DNA of 64,000 nt from Ginglymostoma cirratum (taxonomy: Eukaryota): positions 4,297,329 through 4,361,328 of the forward strand of contig JAHRHZ010000002.1 in assembly GCA_024137785.1 (NCBI GenBank), given 5' to 3'. The notes under the pieces were generated by a model. The model was not told the origin of the DNA. It did not search any database and was given only the letters and a program-made list of their open reading frames with translations. The translations under genes were made by a program, and so were the position numbers. Position 1 is the first letter of the stretch. Each line of letters starts with the position of its first letter. Below are positions 58,953 to 64,000 of this stretch, in pieces.

Positions 58953-60090
58953 CCAAGTGTCCTATACAGCCACAACGACATGACCTCCTAACTCCTTTAC
59001 TCAATGCACAGCCCAATAGAGGCAAGCATACCAAATGCCTCCTTCACTATGCTGTCTACCTGTGATTCCACTTTCACTGAACTAAGAACTTGCACTTCAA
59101 GGTCTTTGTTGACCAACACTCCCCAGGACCTTACCATTGAGTGTACAAGTCCTGCCCTGATTTGCCTTTCCAAAATGCAGTACTGCACATTTATTTAAAT
59201 TAAACTTCACCTGCTACTCCTCAGTCAGACAGTCCATCTGATCAAGGTCCTGTTGGACAGGGAAGAATGCTAACTTTGAGTATATTAGTCCAGATTTAGT
59301 GTCATCATATCTCCTATGTTCACACACAAATAATTTATACAAAATGACAAAAAAAAAAAGCAGTGGACCCAGCGCTGATCTTTGTGACAGGCCACTGGTC
59401 ACTGGCCTCCAGTCTGAAAAGCAACTCTCTACCACCGTGTCTCCTACATGAGTCAGTTCTGTACCCAATAGCTAGTTCTTCCTGTATTCTGTGTGATCTA
59501 ACCTTGCTAACCAGTCTACCATGCAGAACCTTGAACACCTTACTGTACAGGACATTCGTTGGGCCACTTTTGGAATACTGCATTCAGTTCATGTAACAGG
59601 GACATCAGAAAGTCAAGAAACTTTAGGTTCAGAAGAGATTTAAAGGATGTTGCCAGGTTTGGAGGATTTGAGCTGTAGGGAGAGGCTGAATAGGGTGGGG
59701 CTATTTTCCCTGGAGTGTCAAAGGCTGAGGGGGTTGCCTTATAGAAGTTAAGGTCTGAGGGGCATGGATAAGGTGAATAGTAAAGGTCTTTTCCCCAGGA
59801 CAGGGGAGTCCAAAACTAGAGGGCATAGGTTTAAGAGGAGAGGGGAAAGATTTAAAAAGGGACCCAAGGGCAGCTTTTTTCCATGCAGAGGGTGGTGTAA
59901 ATGAAATGAGCTCCTAGGGGAAGTGGAGGTACAATTACTGCAACAACAATATTTAAAAGGTAGCTGGATGGGTACATGATTGAGGGTTTAGAGGGATGCA
60001 GGGCCAAATGCCGGCCAACAGACCTAGATTTATTTAGGATATCTGGTTAGCATGGACAGGTTGCACCAAAAGGGTCTATTCCTAGGACTC
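58953..60090. mobile_element. CR1 LINE with inverted 5' part (58953-59540 minus, 59541-60090 plus)
   Basis: The minus part ends at ..ctgtataggacac and the plus part begins ctgtacaggacatt, adjacent positions in CR1 ORF2. Confidence 0.8.
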
Positions 60091-61369
60091 CTAGACACTG
60101 TCAATTATCTTGATGTAAAAGCCTCCATATTTTAGCTTTTGTCCAAGATTGAACAAAGGCTAGAGGTCAGAATTGAGTGGCCCTAAAGTGAACGTCACCG
60201 AGTAGATGCTGCTTGATAGAAATGTTGATGTCTTCCACCACTGAGTAGAAACTAATGGTGTTATAACTGGCCAGGTTGGATTTGTCCTGCCTTGTGTACC
60301 GGCATTTCCCAGTGTTGTACTTAATAGCTTGGCTAGGAGTGTTGCCAGTTCTTAAGCACAAACATTAAGTACTATTGCCAGATGTAGCCAGGGCCCATAG
60401 ATGTAGTAGCCATGATCTGAACTGGCTTAGGACTGGCATCTGATGGGGAAGCCACTAGATAAGGCCAAGATAGATCCTGCACACCACGTCTGGCTGGAGA
60501 TTGCTGGGAATGCTTCAGCCTTATTTTTTGCACCTGATGTGCTAAGCTGACAGTTGCAGACAGGGATTTGTGGATTACCTTTAGTGAGTTGGTTGTCCAC
60601 CACTGTTTATGATTTGATTGTGGCAGGACTGCAGAGCTTGGATCTGATCTATTGGTTGAGAAACTACTTAGTTCTCATTTGCTGAGACTAGTCCTGCTCT
60701 GAGCACATTTTAGGTATGCTTAGTGCTGCTCTTGGCATACCCTCTTTATTGAGCCAAAGTTAATCCATGGCCTTGATGGCGATAGAGTGACAGATATGCT
60801 GGGCCGTGAGGTTGAGGACTGTACAATTCTGCCATTGATAGCCCATAGCACATTAGATGCCAAGTCTTGAGTTCAGATTTGGCTGATATCTGAGAATACC
60901 CTCCAGCATCACTGCTAAATAGGACAATGTGAATGCAGGACCTCATCTCCACCAGGACTGTACAGTGGTCAATTGTAATACTACCTGGATATATAGGAGG
61001 CAGATTGGCGAGGATGAAGTCAGTAAGTTCTTCCATGTTAGCTCCCTCACCACCTGCTGCAGAGTCTGCCAGCAGCAGTGTCCTTTAGTACCTGATCAGA
61101 CAGTTCTGATAGATGATCGCTAGACTTGAAATGTTAATTCCAATGCTGCCAGAATTGGAGATTGCCAGCACTTAAAATATTCCATTACTCCAAAAAAGGT
61201 ACAGAAAGTCTTGCCTGCAGTAACAAAGGAAGCATGTAAGCCGGTTTGCACATGCAAAGTCAACCATCTGTTAGAGATTGGCTAGGACACTAACTCAACT
61301 GAGCAGATAAGGTGTTTTGGTCTAATAAATGAAAACTCAAGGTTGGTGAAAACAAAGTGTCAATGGAAT

Positions 61370-62240
61370 CGCGGATAGCAATGAGGACGTAGATCAGTTG
61401 ATGACTTGGGCAGAGAGATGGCAGATGGAGTTTAATCTGGAAAAATGTGAGGTAATGCATTTCAGAAGGTCTAATCTAGGTGGAAAACACTAAATGGCAG
61501 AACCCTTACGAGTATTGGTAGGCAGAGGGATTTGAGTGTACAGGTACACAGGTCACTGACAATGGCAGTGAAGTTAGAGAAGGTCGTCAACAAGGCATAT
61601 GGCATGCTTGCCTTCATCAACTGGGGCATGGAGTTTAAAATTTGCAGGTAATGTTGCAGCTTTATCGAACCTTAGTTAGGCCACACTTGGAATATTGTGT
61701 TCAATTCTGGTTGCCACATTACCAGAAGGATGTGGTGGCTTTGGAGAGGGTACAGAAAAAAATTTATCAGGATGTTGGTATGGAGGGCATTAGCTATGAG
61801 GAGAGGTTGGAGAAACGTGGGTTGTTCTCACTGGAACGACAGAGGTTGAGGAGTGACCTGACAGAGGTCTACAAGATTATGAAGGGCATGGACAGAATGG
61901 ACAGTCAGAAGCTTTTTCCCAGGGTCTAGTCAGTTACTAGAGGGCATAGGTTTACGTTGATGTACAAGGCAAGTTTTCTTTAAAAAAAACACAGGCTGGT
62001 GGGTGCCTGGAACGTGCTGCTGGTGTTGGGGGGAGGGGGGGGGCGGGGGTGGTTGCGGTTAGTGGAAGCAGATACTATAGTGACTTTTAAAGGACGTTTT
62101 GACAAATGCATGACTAGGATGGGAATAGAGGGATATGGTCCCTGGAAGTGTAGGGGGTATTAGTTGTGATGGGCAGCATGTCAATGCAGGCTTGGAGGGC
62201 CGAAGGGCCTGTTTCCGTGCTGTAATTTTCTTTGTTCTTT
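61370..62240 (+). mobile_element. 5'-truncated CR1 LINE
   Basis: ORF 61642-61929 LYRTLVRPHLEYCVQFW; gggccgaagggcctgt 3' hairpin and ttctttg tail. Confidence 0.93.
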
Positions 62241-64000
62241 ATTGTTGTTCAATGTAGCAGTTACTTTTAAAAACAACTTGGAGATACACCTCCAGCCTAG
62301 GTTAGACCCTACTGGCCCAGAGGCAGGGATATTGCCACTGCACCACAACAGCCCCTCAACACCTTGAGTAAATTTAATGTCATTAAAAGGAGATGGGCAG
62401 AATTAACCTTCAAGGTTGTACGTTTTACTGCACCAATTATGGGGCATCCAACATTGCTTAAAGATAGGACATTGAGCTCATTAAGCTCGCTCCACTGATG
62501 AGCATGGCTGATTTGATAATCAACAACTCTACTTCCCTGCAACCCTCGATTCTTTATGATTTATAAAGAACAAAAGAATCAGTGCCTTCACCTTGACTAT
62601 ATTTAGTGACTCATCTCTACAGCCCACATGGTAAAGAATACCACAGATTCAGTACTGAAGAAGCTCCCATCGAGTGAGCAACCCCATATGCCGTTTGGTC
62701 CAAGGCTCTCCAATTGGAGAGAAAAATCTGCTCCGACCTTGTCAAGCCACCCCTCAATAATCTGGTTTTAAAATGTCTCCTCATTCTTAAATGAGAGCCC
62801 AAATTACTCAACCTCTCCAAAAAGGAGAATTCCTCCACATTTGGAACTAACTTAGTAAGCCTCCCTAACACTGCTACCAATTCTGGTAGCATCTTTCCTC
62901 GATGGGACCAAAACCATTCAATATTCCAAGTGTTGTGTGAACAGTCTTGTATTGTTAAGACCTCCCCATTTTTAAGTGCACCACTCGAGAAGAGGTCAAC
63001 ATTTACCTACCCTATTGCCTGCTGAACCTGCTAGTGTTCTTATTTGTGCACAATGACTCCCCAACCATGCTACAGCCATCTGCATTTTAATATTCAGCTG
63101 TATTTTTCCTGTCTATGCAGTCAGTCATTACTTTATTGACTGGCAGGGCAACTCAACAGGGCAAATGGCCACCTTTTCTCGACCTCATGTACAGGTGCTT
63201 TGGGGCTAATGCCAATAATTAAGGGAAAAAAATTGTACACAATGAAATTGTATTTCATAAAAGTTTTATCAAGCAAAAGCTTAAAATTTAACATTTTAAA
63301 AAAACGGGAAGAATTGAAGCACTAGTTTAAAGACCTCAAATTCAGAGGTAAGACTAGAGGCTAGGAGCTTTGTGGTTTAAGATTCACCACAATGAGAGAG
63401 AGAGAGATTTTTGGTATAAAGAAACCAAATATCCACATGAGATGGTTATCAAAATTAACTATTTCAGTGAATGGCAGTTAGCTTGGTGGGGCATTTGCTG
63501 CCTCAAATCTCACTGGGCTACACATCAGGAAGCTTCAAGATCAGTTCAGATCCTGGGAATTATATTTAGTGATTATATTTATATTTGTTGGATGAATTCA
63601 AGACCTTAAGACACAGTCAGCTGTAAAAAGGTGACTAGGTCACTGTCACTTACGAATGCAAAAATTAAAGTTCAGTGCAAAAGTTTCACAACAGGAAGGG
63701 ATTGAGTACCAAAGGTTAATATTGTTCATAAAATGCAAGCTTGTGATTGAGCTGCTTGAACTACCTGAAGTAACCACACAAGTAAATGTGACAGGCATGT
63801 TAATTGACTGGTCCAAGTAACAAATCAGTACAAAATGTTTTCCTCCAAACTTCACAAATGAGGAGCCATTGTCATTTACAAATGTTTGCACTACCAGAGA
63901 CATTCAACCCATTATTTCCTTGCTGTCTCAGCACAAGCAATTTATAGTCATAGCTGCAGAATTAAAGACTTTTCTGAAATGTAATTTAGTGTTACTGTAA

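Overview
Eukaryotic, repeat-dominated genomic DNA from a cartilaginous fish, most likely a carpet shark (Orectolobiformes). This is judged from shark-type SINE, CR1 and Penelope families and from an MHC protein closely resembling the nurse-shark class II beta chain as I recall it. The only intact host gene is a minus-strand MHC class II beta gene: exons 2-6 lie at 54457-47185, all with GT-AG phase-1 junctions, but the leader exon was not identified. Downstream of it (about 27.8 kb to 1.35 kb, minus strand), short stretches of unique DNA between transposons translate, with stops and frameshifts, into collinear pieces of a PKD1L1-like polycystin (PKD domains, REJ, GAIN/GPS). This appears to be a shattered pseudogene that the ORF track does not show. 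The rest is nested mobile DNA: Penelope-like elements with hammerhead-ribozyme motifs and inverted termini, CR1, Rex1/Babar and RTE LINEs, Gypsy-type LTRs, tRNA-derived SINEs, and a 33-bp minisatellite that appears to have grown out of a SINE. There are four N-gaps. All homology calls come from reading the sequence and from recalled protein sequences, not from searches. Repeat boundaries are approximate unless a target-site duplication (TSD) is given.
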